Positions 19,657-28,655 of a stretch of DNA of 64,000 bases are shown here, piece after piece (positions within the stretch are counted from its first letter, which is position 1; every line of letters begins with the position of its first letter). The stretch comes from Vulcanimicrobiota bacterium (GTDB taxonomy: Bacteria; Vulcanimicrobiota; Vulcanimicrobiia; Eremiobacterales; Eremiobacteraceae): NCBI GenBank assembly GCA_963812135.1, contig CAWETU010000001.1:224001-288000 (forward strand), read 5' to 3'. The translations under genes were made by a program, and so were the position numbers. A model generated the notes under the pieces. The model did no database searches, was not told the origin of the DNA, and saw nothing but the letters and a program-made list of their open reading frames with translations.

Positions 19657-20439
19657 GATCCGATGACGAGCCGGCGAAGCTTGCCGAACAAGCCGTCGTC
19701 GGCGAGATTGGTGAACGGCACGTCCTCGCCCAACAAGCGCCGCGCGATCGCGGTGTAGATGCGCGCGAGCCTACGCGTGCCGTCGAGCACGACGGGTTCG
19801 CCGCGATTGGTCGTGTCGATGATCTCCTCGTCGTCAGGCACGACGCCGACGATCTCCCGGCCCAGTATCTCCTTCACGTCGTCGACGCTGAGCATGTCGC
19901 CGCTGCGCACCATCTCCGTCCGCACGCGGTTGACGATGAGTTTGGCGCGCCGGCTGCCGAGCATGCCGAGGATACGGTCCGCGTCGCGGATGGCCGATAC
20001 TTCCGGCGTCGTCACCACGAGCGCTTGATCCGCGCCTGCGACGGCGTTGCGGAAGCCGTGCTCGATGCCGGCCGGACAATCGATCAAGACGATGTCGAAA
20101 TCCACCGCCAGCTTGCGCATCGCGACGCGCATCTGATCTTCGGAGACCGATTCCTTATCCTTGACCTGCGATGCCGGCAGCAGATACAGATCGTCGAAGC
20201 GCCGATCTTTGATGAGCGCTTGGCGCGGCTGGCAGCGATCTTCGACAAGGTCGACGAGATCGTAGACGATGCGTTTCTCGAGCCCCAGCACGAGATCGAG
20301 ATTGCGCAGCCCGATATCGGCGTCGACGAGCGCCACCTTTTGGCCCAACTTGGCGAACGCTCCGCCAAGATTCGCGGTGGTCGTCGTCTTCCCGACGCCG
20401 CCCTTTACCCGATGTGACGACGTAGACGGTTCCTGGCAA
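19653..20439 (-). pseudogene. minD: MinD copy 1, frameshifted by one extra base in the Walker A codons (real lesion or sequence error)
   Basis: GGAGGAG SD and TTG 20439: LPGTVYVVTSGK-GGG-C-GGC-GTC-GGG-AAG. Removing one base near 20401-20403 gives SGKGGVGKTT and a 261-aa MinD. Confidence 0.85.
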
Positions 20440-20455
20440 TCTTCTCCTCCGCTTT

Positions 20456-21160
20456 TCAGCTTGCGGGTTCGGTCGAGATGCGGCCATCGCGCAAGCGCGC
20501 GACTTCCGGCGCGGCCGCTTTCTTGCGCCGCTCGTCCGGCGCGACCGCGACTTTGCTCGCGATGCGCAGTTGCATCGGTTCGAGGCGCAAGGCGAAGACC
20601 TTTGCCGTTTCGTCGCCTTCCGCTCCGGCGTGCGCCAAGCCGCGCATCGCACCCCAGACGACGATATCGCCGGCGGCGACGAGCTCGCCCCCCGCGTTGA
20701 CGTCACCGATGATCACGATGTTGCCACGCGATGTCATGCTTTGGCCCGATCGGACGGTTCCTTTGTGATACACCGTCTCGCCGGCCGCCGTCGCCTGCCC
20801 GTTACGCGCTTTTCGAGGCGACCGCTCGTCACGGGGCGTGATCCGATCGTCGCGCGAGCGGGGCGCTGCCGCGATGCTCGCGCCGACGAGGCGCAAACCG
20901 GCCGACTTTGCAAGTGCCGCGACGTCATCGGCGTCGCAGACAGCCCCATCTGCGACGATGCCGAACTGCTCGAGCGTCGCGATGATCGCCGCCAGTTCGG
21001 CTCCCTCGGCGGGTTGGGAGCCGAGCAGCAGCACGGCTCGGCTGCCCTTGTAGAAACCCGGCTGGCTCTCAAGGCGGTCGCGCAGCTGCGCGACCGCGCC
21101 GGACAACGGCCGCTCGTGGAGGTGCAGCAGCAACCCCGATTTCGTGCCTTTTATCTGCAA
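20456..21160 (-). CDS. minC: Septum site-determining protein MinC
   Basis: LQIKGTKSGL N-terminus; TVRSGQ, GDVNAGGE, G..HAG.G C-domain. Start uncertain (TTG 21160). Confidence 0.88.
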   Translation of the reverse strand: MQIKGTKSGLLLHLHERPLSGAVAQLRDRLESQPGFYKGSRAVLLLGSQPAEGAELAAIIATLEQFGIVADGAVCDADDVAALAKSAGLRLVGASIAAAPRSRDDRITPRDERSPRKARNGQATAAGETVYHKGTVRSGQSMTSRGNIVIIGDVNAGGELVAAGDIVVWGAMRGLAHAGAEGDETAKVFALRLEPMQLRIASKVAVAPDERRKKAAAPEVARLRDGRISTEPAS

Positions 21161-21268
21161 ATCGCCATATTCCGGTCGAATGAATCCGACCGCTCCAAAA
21201 CCGCGCGCACCGACCTGCGTCCCGAGCACAACCCTGCCGATACATTGCGGGGGTTCACGAGTTTCCCT

Positions 21269-21311
21269 TGTGGACAGGGCTGTGAAAGAACTGTGAAAGA
21301 AATGTGGACGA
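21269..21311. promoter_or_regulatory. Four tandem TGTG(G/A)A 9-mers at 11-12 bp spacing (DnaA-box-like or response-regulator sites)
   Basis: TGTGGACAG, TGTGAAAGA, TGTGAAAGA, TGTGGACGA at 21269, 21281, 21292 and 21303. Confidence 0.5.
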
Positions 21312-21394
21312 TTTTGAGCACGACAAGCCGGCGGCAGAGGTGCCCGGACGAGGGCCGTCGCAAAGTAGGCCATTCCCTTCTCAGGAGCCAGCCC

Positions 21395-23371
21395 ATGAAA
21401 TTTTGGAAGCGCTTCGTTGCCGGCACGTTGCTGGTCGTCATACCGCTCGCCAGCATGCCATTGCCTGCCGCCGCCGTCTCGACGCAGTCGGAGATCAAGC
21501 AGGGGCAGGATGAAGTCAAGCACATCGACGCCGAGAACGCGATCGTCAACGATCCGGTGCTCAACAACTGGGTCCAGACGATCGCCGACAACCTCAAGCG
21601 CGAGCGGGCGCGCCCCGACATCAACTACACGTTCAAGATCATCGACACCGACGACATCAACGCGTTCTCGCTGCCGGGCGGCTTCATCTACGTGAACTTC
21701 GGACTGCTCAACTTCGTCAACTCCGACGACGAGCTCGCCGGCGTGATGGGCCACGAGATGGGCCACGTCGAGCGCCGTCACGTCGTCACGCTGCCCGCCA
21801 AGGCGCAAGCGCTCAACCTGCTGATCGGGATCCTTTCGATCTTCTCTGTGTTCGCCTACCGCTTTGGCGGACTCATCGGCAGCGCCGCGCTCTACAAAAT
21901 CTCGCGCCAGGACGAGCTGCAAGCCGACCAGTACGGCCTGATGCTCATGAGCCGCGCGGGCTACGATCCCAACGCGATGGTCTCGTTCATGGACCGCCTC
22001 GGCAAGGAGGAAGGTCCGGACGGCGATGTGCTCGCCAAATACTTCGAAGATCACCCTGGTTCAGAAGCGCGCGTCTCGCATCTGCTCGGCTATCCGCAGC
22101 TGTCGAAGACCGACACGCCGCAGATCCTCGCGCAGGCGATCCACGACGAACAAGAGGGCCGCTACGCCTACGCATTGACCAAATATAACGACGTGCTCAA
22201 GACCGACCCGAACAACGACCTGGCGTTGCTGCACAAGGGCCAGGTCGAGCTTGCGCTCGGCAGCATGGAGCAAAGCCAGAACGCGTTGACCCAGGTCGCG
22301 AAGAACCACCAGACCGAGGCGGGCACCGCGGCAGCGCAACATGATCTCGCGATGATGGCAGCCGATCCGGCGCCGAAAAAAGACTTCATGGCGAAGAACC
22401 TCGATCCGTTGCGGAACGCGATCGTGACCGTCCAGAACAACGTGCACAACAACGCGACGGCGATCGACGAGCGCGTCAGGCTCGAGCGCACGGACCTGGC
22501 GAACTTCAATCAGCGGCTGCAAGACCTATCGTACGAGATCCCCGACCTGTCGCAGGTGGACATCCGCCCGGGCAGCCGGCTTGAAGGCGTGGTCTACGAC
22601 CTCGAGCACATGTCCAAAGACATCAACCTGGTGCTCGCCAAGGGCGAATACATCACCATGAACGCCGCCGGTCTTTCCAAGGACATCGTCGGTACGCTCA
22701 ACGAGATGCAAGCGCCGTTGCGTGACGCTGCGCCAAACGGCGTCGCGCTCCGCACGTTCCCGTACTACAACAGTTTGCTAACGCAGCTGAACCAATCGTC
22801 GACCGACTCGTTGACCGCCGTCTCCGCCAGCCGCGGAGCGACGGCGCTCGCGTGGCAGAGCGTGCCCGCACTCGACGCGTACTTCAAGAAGCTCTCGCGT
22901 GCGCAGCTCGACTTCGGAGGCGACTTGTCGCCGTCGACGGCCGCGGAACTCAAACCGCTCGCGGCGGCCGCGATCGCTCAACTCGATGTTGCCGCCGACG
23001 CGGCTGAAAAGTCGCACGCGCTGTACTTCGCGTCGCAGTCGCGCCAAGTCCAAGCGCAGATCACGCTTCTCGGCGTCACCTATCCGGAGATGCGCTACGA
23101 CAGTCTCGCCAGCGCGATCCACGCGCGGTTGGGCATCGACGCGCCGAGCTACGCGGAAGCGCAGCAGCTCGGCATGTCGCCCGGAGACGTCGCAGTCGCG
23201 TCATGGCTCGCTGCCGAAGAGCGCGTGCCGGTCACGAACGTCATCAACGAGCAGCGGCAAGCCAACAAGCCGTTCATCGACCTGGCGCTTTCCAAACAAT
23301 TCGCGCCGGAGTCGCTCGAAGTGACGCTCGGGCTGTGGTTCGAGGGCTACGCCGAGAAACCGTCCGACTGA
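21395..23371 (+). CDS. Secreted M48 zinc metalloprotease (BepA-like) with TPR and helical C-terminus
   Basis: Signal peptide, INAFSLPGG, HEMGH, E..AD..G, HP. ATG 21395 after AGGAG. Confidence 0.85.
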   Translation: MKFWKRFVAGTLLVVIPLASMPLPAAAVSTQSEIKQGQDEVKHIDAENAIVNDPVLNNWVQTIADNLKRERARPDINYTFKIIDTDDINAFSLPGGFIYVNFGLLNFVNSDDELAGVMGHEMGHVERRHVVTLPAKAQALNLLIGILSIFSVFAYRFGGLIGSAALYKISRQDELQADQYGLMLMSRAGYDPNAMVSFMDRLGKEEGPDGDVLAKYFEDHPGSEARVSHLLGYPQLSKTDTPQILAQAIHDEQEGRYAYALTKYNDVLKTDPNNDLALLHKGQVELALGSMEQSQNALTQVAKNHQTEAGTAAAQHDLAMMAADPAPKKDFMAKNLDPLRNAIVTVQNNVHNNATAIDERVRLERTDLANFNQRLQDLSYEIPDLSQVDIRPGSRLEGVVYDLEHMSKDINLVLAKGEYITMNAAGLSKDIVGTLNEMQAPLRDAAPNGVALRTFPYYNSLLTQLNQSSTDSLTAVSASRGATALAWQSVPALDAYFKKLSRAQLDFGGDLSPSTAAELKPLAAAAIAQLDVAADAAEKSHALYFASQSRQVQAQITLLGVTYPEMRYDSLASAIHARLGIDAPSYAEAQQLGMSPGDVAVASWLAAEERVPVTNVINEQRQANKPFIDLALSKQFAPESLEVTLGLWFEGYAEKPSD

Positions 23372-23390
23372 CGAACCATCTCGACACGAG

Positions 23391-23421
23391 ATCCCGGCCT
23401 CTTAAAAGGCCGGGATTTTTT
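23391..23421 (+). terminator. Intrinsic terminator
   Basis: ATCCCGGCCT-cttaaa-AGGCCGGGAT-TTTTT. Confidence 0.85.
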
Positions 23422-23464
23422 GTTGCAACAAGGTCGCCTCGAAGTGGGTACGGTACATAGCGTT

Positions 23465-24484
23465 ATGTCATCTGACCTTCCGGCGCTTCCACGGGCTGAC
23501 GGTCCCGGCGCCCAGCTCTCGCAATGGGTCGCGCATTTCCGCGAGCGCGTCAATCTCAGCGTGCTCGATGCGCAAGCCGCCCGGCCCGTGCGTTTGCTTC
23601 TCGCAGGCGAGGGCGCAGCGGAGCTTGCCGACGTCTTGGATCCCGAACGAGCGGCTCGGGGTTCAGTGCTCCAGACGCTCGACGACGCCCCCGGCTGGAT
23701 GGTCGCTGACAGCGCGAGCCGCGTCATCATCTATTGTCCGCTCGCCGGCACTGTGCCCGAGGAAGCACTGGCGCATTTCGAATCGTCGAGCTTGCCGGTG
23801 TTCGTCGTCGACAGGCCGCCACTTGGCGGGGCAGATGGCGTGCGCCCGACCGCGCCGCACTCGCACAAGCCGGGTCCGGGCACACCGGCGCGATATTATG
23901 TCAGCGCGCTCAACGCAGCGGAAGTCGTCAAATACCTGCTGCCCGACATCGTGTCGGCGTGCCGCGACGTCGAGATTTCCCTGGCCGCGCATTTGCCGAT
24001 CTTCCGCCCGAGCGTCGCGGCGAAGATCACCGTCGACTGCGCGCTGCGCAGCTTACAGGTAGCGGGCGCTTCAGCGCTCGTCGACCACGTGCCGGTGCTC
24101 GGTCTCATCCTCGGCAGCATCGCGTCCGCCGGCGACACCATCGCGATCACGGGCATGCAAGTCAACATGCTGCTGCGCATCGCCGCGGCGTACGGCAAGA
24201 AGGCGGAATTCGCGCGCATCGCCGAGCTGATGCCGGTGATCGGCGGCGGGTACGGCTGGCGCGCGCTCGCGCGCGAGGCCTCGGGCTTCATCCCCTTGGC
24301 GGGTCCGGTGATCAAAGCCGGTATCGCGTACGCCGGCACGCTCGTGATCGGCCAGGCCGCCGCGTTTTACTACGAGACCGGCAACAAGATGGCGCCGGAG
24401 AAGATCGGCGCGCTATATCGCGAGGCGGTCGAGCGCGCCAAGAACGTCGCCGTCGAATTCATCGAACGCCTGCGCAAGAAATAA
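23465..24484 (+). CDS. DUF697/YcjF-like membrane protein
   Basis: C-terminal region with Q..M..RIA..YG, glycine-zipper helices and IP..GP.IK..IAYAGT...G. Confidence 0.6.
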   Translation: MSSDLPALPRADGPGAQLSQWVAHFRERVNLSVLDAQAARPVRLLLAGEGAAELADVLDPERAARGSVLQTLDDAPGWMVADSASRVIIYCPLAGTVPEEALAHFESSSLPVFVVDRPPLGGADGVRPTAPHSHKPGPGTPARYYVSALNAAEVVKYLLPDIVSACRDVEISLAAHLPIFRPSVAAKITVDCALRSLQVAGASALVDHVPVLGLILGSIASAGDTIAITGMQVNMLLRIAAAYGKKAEFARIAELMPVIGGGYGWRALAREASGFIPLAGPVIKAGIAYAGTLVIGQAAAFYYETGNKMAPEKIGALYREAVERAKNVAVEFIERLRKK

Positions 24485-24485
24485 C

Positions 24486-25085
24486 TCAGAGCGTCCGCCT
24501 GCCCTCGAGCGCGCGCGCCAGCGTCGTCTCGTCGGCGTAATCGAGCTCGCCGCCGATCGGCAATCCATACGCGAGGCGCGTGACCTTCACGCCGGCCGGC
24601 TCGATCAAGCGGTGCAGGTACAAGGCTGTCGATTCGCCTTCCGCGTTCGGATTGGTCGCGATGATGACTTCTTTGACGCCTTCGGGCGCGAGGCGATCGA
24701 GCAATTCCTTGACGTGCAGCTGTCCGACGCCGATGCCTTCCATGGGCGAGATGAGGCCGCCGAGCACGTGGTAGCGTCCGTTGAACGTCATCGCGCGCTC
24801 CACCGCGTACACATCCTTGGCCTCGCCGACCACGCAGATGAGCGACGGATCGCGCCGCGGATCCAAGCAGATCGAGCACTCGTCGCCCTCGGTCAGACTG
24901 AAGCAGCGTTTGCAGAACCGTATCTTGTCTTTGACCGCGACGATCGCGTCGGCCAGCGCCTGCGCGTCTTGCCGGCTCGCCGACAGCAAATAGAAGGCGA
25001 GCCTTGCGGCGGTCTTCGGTCCCACCGTCGGCAGCTTCTCAAGCTCGCCGATGAGCGACGACAGCGGGCCTGCGAGATGGTCCAA
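24486..25085 (-). CDS. recR: Recombination mediator RecR
   Basis: LP.VGPKTA.RLA, C4 zinc finger, YHVLGG.ISP, ATNPNAEGE, LEGR. Confidence 0.96.
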   Translation of the reverse strand: MDHLAGPLSSLIGELEKLPTVGPKTAARLAFYLLSASRQDAQALADAIVAVKDKIRFCKRCFSLTEGDECSICLDPRRDPSLICVVGEAKDVYAVERAMTFNGRYHVLGGLISPMEGIGVGQLHVKELLDRLAPEGVKEVIIATNPNAEGESTALYLHRLIEPAGVKVTRLAYGLPIGGELDYADETTLARALEGRRTL

Positions 25086-25092
25086 GGAGTGG

Positions 25093-25395
25093 CTAGAAGC
25101 CGGGGATGCCGAGACCGCCGGCGAGCGGCCCCATGCGCGAGCGCGACAGCTCGGTGACTTTGGCTTGCGCGTCTTTGAACGCGATGCCGATCAGATCTTC
25201 GAGCGTCTCGACGTCCTGCGGATCTGCGGCGGCCTTGTCGATCTTCACGCCGCGCAATTGGCCATGGCCATCGAGCGTCACCGTGACTGCGCCCGAGCCG
25301 GCCGTGCCCGTCACCGTCTCGTTGCCCAGCTCTTCTTGGATCTTGGCGAGCTGCTGTTGCAGCTCGCGAGCCTGTTTCAAAAGGTTAGGATTCAT
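25093..25395 (-). CDS. ybaB: YbaB/EbfC nucleoid-associated protein
   Basis: KQA..LQ, G.AG.G.VTV, D.E.LEDLI; lies between dnaX and recR. Confidence 0.92.
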   Translation of the reverse strand: MNPNLLKQARELQQQLAKIQEELGNETVTGTAGSGAVTVTLDGHGQLRGVKIDKAAADPQDVETLEDLIGIAFKDAQAKVTELSRSRMGPLAGGLGIPGF

Positions 25396-25398
25396 CGG

Positions 25399-27093
25399 CT
25401 ACAAGAGCTCCGTTCCAAGGACCGACTCGGCGAGCGCGAAGCCGGAATTTTCGTCGCGAACCGTCGCGGCTTGGCGCGGCGGCGCGCTGCCGAGCTCGAA
25501 CGCGATGCGCGGCCTGATCCCGCTGACATGTTCGATCGCGCCGGCGATCAGGGCGCTCGTGCCGGCGTCGCTCAAGCTCTCCAGGAAATGTTTCTTCGTG
25601 ACGGAGAGCGTCACCGTTTGATCGTTCGCGTCGGTGACCGTCGCGTGCTGCAGATACGCGAACACCGTATTCGAACGTTCGCGCACGGCGGTCATGACGA
25701 GATGCCACATCGCGCGCAGCTTTGTCGGCGTCAGCGATCCGGCCGCGTTGACACCCGGTGATGGCGAGACTTCGGGGACGGGGGCGCTCGCTGGAGACGC
25801 AGCGCTCTTGCCGGTCTTGCGCGCCGCCGGCGCCGCAGCAGCGGGCGTCGGCGCGGGCTTTGCCGGAGCTGGAGCGCCGCCAGATGGCGTGCTGGACGAT
25901 CCCGAGCGCTCCTCGAGCGACCGCAGCCGGTCCGAGAGGCCTTGCAGGGTGAGTTCGTCGGCCGGCACGATGATGCGCGTCAACGCGAGTTCGAGATCGA
26001 TGCGCGGCTGAGTCGACCAACGCTGCGCGACGCAATCGGAAAGCACGCGCAGCGCGGCCATGATCTTGGCGCGCCCGAGCGCGGCGGCACGCGTCGCGAT
26101 CGCCTCCGCCTCGTCCGGCGGCGCTTCCATGTCCAGCACTTCGCGGCTCGTCCGAGCGAGCAGCGCCAACCGGAACCAACGCAGCAGCTCTTTGGAAAGC
26201 CATGCCGCGTCCACGCCCATCGCTCCCGAGTCCGCGACGGCCTGCAGCGCCGCACCCGCATCCGACGCGATGACTGCGTCCACCAAGCGCTCGACGATCT
26301 CGCGATGCGACTCGCCGAACGCGGCGTCGAGCACCTGCGCGTCGATCGTTTTGCCGCCGGCAAATCCGCGCGCCTGTTCGAGCAGCACGAGCGCGTCGCG
26401 CAACGCGCCGTCGGCGAGGTGCGCGATGCGACGCGCCGCCGCGTCGTCCAACGCGATCTTCTCTCGCTTGGCCACCTCTTCGAGGCGTTTCGCGATCACC
26501 GGCGGCGTCATGCGCCGGAACTCATAGCGCTGGCAGCGCGACAGAATGGTGGCGGGCACGCGGTGCAGCTCGGTGGTCGCCAGCACGAACACGACGTATT
26601 CGGGCGGCTCTTCGAGCGTCTTGAGCAACGCGTTGAACGCTTCCGAGGTCAGCATGTGGACCTCGTCGATGATGTAGACCTTCTTGCGGAACTGCGAGGG
26701 GGCGAACTGCACGCGGTCGCGCAGCTCGCGGATCTCGTTGATGCCGCGATTGCTGGCGGCGTCGATCTCGACGACGTCGAACGCGGTGCCGGCGGCGATC
26801 GAGGTGCACGCCTCGCAGATCCCGCACGGGTCCGGCCGCGGTCCGTTGGTCAAGCAATCGAGGCACTTGGCGAGGATGCGCGCAGCCGACGTCTTGCCGG
26901 TGCCGCGCGGCCCGGAGAAGAGGTATGCGTGCGCGACGCGGCTCGATTTGACGGCCGACGTGAGGCCCTGCACGACCGCCGGTTGCCCGACGAGTTCGTC
27001 GAACGCAGCAGGGCGGTGTTTGCGATAGAGCGTCAGCGGTGCAGATGAGGCGGTTTCAGGCACGTTATGCGCTTCGGTCGATTCGCGCCGCAT
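25399..27093 (-). CDS. dnaX: DNA polymerase III subunit gamma/tau (start may be GTG 27063)
   Basis: LYRKHRP, GPRGTGKT, EIDAAS, IIDEVHML, NALLKTLEEPP, SRC. Confidence 0.96.
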   Translation of the reverse strand: MRRESTEAHNVPETASSAPLTLYRKHRPAAFDELVGQPAVVQGLTSAVKSSRVAHAYLFSGPRGTGKTSAARILAKCLDCLTNGPRPDPCGICEACTSIAAGTAFDVVEIDAASNRGINEIRELRDRVQFAPSQFRKKVYIIDEVHMLTSEAFNALLKTLEEPPEYVVFVLATTELHRVPATILSRCQRYEFRRMTPPVIAKRLEEVAKREKIALDDAAARRIAHLADGALRDALVLLEQARGFAGGKTIDAQVLDAAFGESHREIVERLVDAVIASDAGAALQAVADSGAMGVDAAWLSKELLRWFRLALLARTSREVLDMEAPPDEAEAIATRAAALGRAKIMAALRVLSDCVAQRWSTQPRIDLELALTRIIVPADELTLQGLSDRLRSLEERSGSSSTPSGGAPAPAKPAPTPAAAAPAARKTGKSAASPASAPVPEVSPSPGVNAAGSLTPTKLRAMWHLVMTAVRERSNTVFAYLQHATVTDANDQTVTLSVTKKHFLESLSDAGTSALIAGAIEHVSGIRPRIAFELGSAPPRQAATVRDENSGFALAESVLGTELL

Positions 27094-27095
27094 TC

Positions 27096-28655
27096 CTAGA
27101 CGCGGCGCGACGCGATGCGTGCGAGCTCGACGTAGTCGACCTTCGCGTTGTGCCGTTTATCCACAGGGATGTGCGGCAGCAGCGCGATCTCGTCGAGCTG
27201 CGCCCATGCGAGACGCCGTTTCAAAGCATCCCTGTCCAGCTTGACGCCGGCCGCGGGTTCGACGAACAGGACGCGCCGCTCTTTGATGCGTGCGATGGCG
27301 CAGCGGGCGACGCCGGTCGCATCGCTGGCGGCGCATTCGACGGCGAACGGATAGAGCGTGCCGCGGTCGTCGCGGATCGCCCCGGCGCAGCGCCCCAACA
27401 GCCAAAGGCGGCCGTGCGTATCTCGATAGCCGAGATCTCCGGTGCGATGCCATGCGACGCCGTCGACGCGGAACTTGGTCTCTGCGTCGCCGATGCCGCC
27501 GAGATAGCCCGGCAAGACGTGCGGACCGCTCACCACGATCTCGCCGGGCGTGCCGGCGGGCAACCGCTGCGCTTCGAATTCAGCCGCAGCCATCGCCTCG
27601 ATGGGCGTGCCCCAACGGTTCGGGATGATCGAAAGCTCGATCGAGGGCACGGGGACGCCCGCCAGAAGGCCGGCGCCGGCGTGCATCGCCTCACGATCGT
27701 CCGGCAAGACGTCGTCGCGCGCGATGTCGGCGATCGGCTCGGCCTCGGTCGACCCGTACACCGCGGTGATGCGCGCGCGTGGCGCCGCAGCGGCGGCAAG
27801 ATCGAGTTGCTCCGGAAAGACCGGCGCGCCGCCCGCGAACACGCGGCGCACGCCCTTGAGCGAACGCCCGCGCGAGACGCAATACAGCGCGAGACGCTTC
27901 AGCAGCGCCGGCGACGCGACGATGCTGCGCGCGTCGTACCGCTCCATCTGTTCGAACAGCGCCGCCGGGTCGGCGGCGCCGGGCCGGCGCACGTCGACGC
28001 CGGGGATAAGACTGGTGACGCCGGCGGCGAGATTCGCGAGCAGCACGATCGGCATCGTGGCGGTGTCGACCGTGCCGGCATCGAGGCGCAACGCGGCGGA
28101 CAACGCCGTGAGCTGTGCGGCGAGCACGCCGTGACTGCGCGCGGCTGCCTTGGGCGCGCCGGTGCTGCCGCTGGTGAACGTGATGAGCGCCGGGTCATCG
28201 GGAGCCCGCGGCACGAGGGGCGTCCGCGCGCGCTGCGTCCCAAGCCGGATCGTCGCCGGCAGCGCAGACGCGCTGAACGCGCGCGGGATCGCGCGCACCG
28301 CCGGCGACACGAGACGCAACGCGTGCGCGCGCGGGCTTGCGAAGAGCGCGGCGGGTCGCACGACCGCGCAGCAACGCTCGATGAAGGCCCGGCCGTTCGA
28401 TGGATCGATGAACGCCGCCACGAGCCCGAGGCGCAGCATGCCGACGAGCGCGACATACAAGTCGATCCCCATGGGCGAAAAGACGAGCACCGCGTCGCCG
28501 GCGGATAGGCCGCTGCTCGCAAATGTCGCGGCAGCCGCTTCGCCGCGCGCCGCCAACTGCGCGAACGTGATGCGGCGATCGCGGCCGCCTTCGACGATCG
28601 CGAGCGAATCCGCGCGCTCGATGACCTGCTCGTCGAGCAGCTCGACGACGTTCAC
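27096..28655 (-). CDS. ANL-superfamily adenylating enzyme (OleC-like)
   Basis: FTSGSTGAPK, YGSTEAEP, WHRTGDLG, GR, C-terminal PVDKRHNAKV. Confidence 0.85.
   Translation of the reverse strand: MNVVELLDEQVIERADSLAIVEGGRDRRITFAQLAARGEAAAATFASSGLSAGDAVLVFSPMGIDLYVALVGMLRLGLVAAFIDPSNGRAFIERCCAVVRPAALFASPRAHALRLVSPAVRAIPRAFSASALPATIRLGTQRARTPLVPRAPDDPALITFTSGSTGAPKAAARSHGVLAAQLTALSAALRLDAGTVDTATMPIVLLANLAAGVTSLIPGVDVRRPGAADPAALFEQMERYDARSIVASPALLKRLALYCVSRGRSLKGVRRVFAGGAPVFPEQLDLAAAAAPRARITAVYGSTEAEPIADIARDDVLPDDREAMHAGAGLLAGVPVPSIELSIIPNRWGTPIEAMAAAEFEAQRLPAGTPGEIVVSGPHVLPGYLGGIGDAETKFRVDGVAWHRTGDLGYRDTHGRLWLLGRCAGAIRDDRGTLYPFAVECAASDATGVARCAIARIKERRVLFVEPAAGVKLDRDALKRRLAWAQLDEIALLPHIPVDKRHNAKVDYVELARIASRRV

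Noticed and set aside
21155..21175. Possible third indel at the minC start (ATGGCGATTTGCAG, ATG out of frame by one)
   Set aside because: An in-frame TTG already gives a plausible MinC N-terminus; undecidable without reads.
20570..21394. Long N-terminal extensions in the ORF track (20570, 22054, 31003, 35049, 39816, 7444) and many 200-580 aa antisense ORFs
   Set aside because: Shadow ORFs expected in high-GC DNA. They overlap well-supported genes, are Arg/Ala-rich and lack motifs; real starts were reassigned using SD sites and stop/start overlaps.
27060..27100. SRP RNA (ffs/scr), often found upstream of dnaX
   Set aside because: No intergenic space and no SRP domain IV motif here; the 7-gene operon abuts dnaX.
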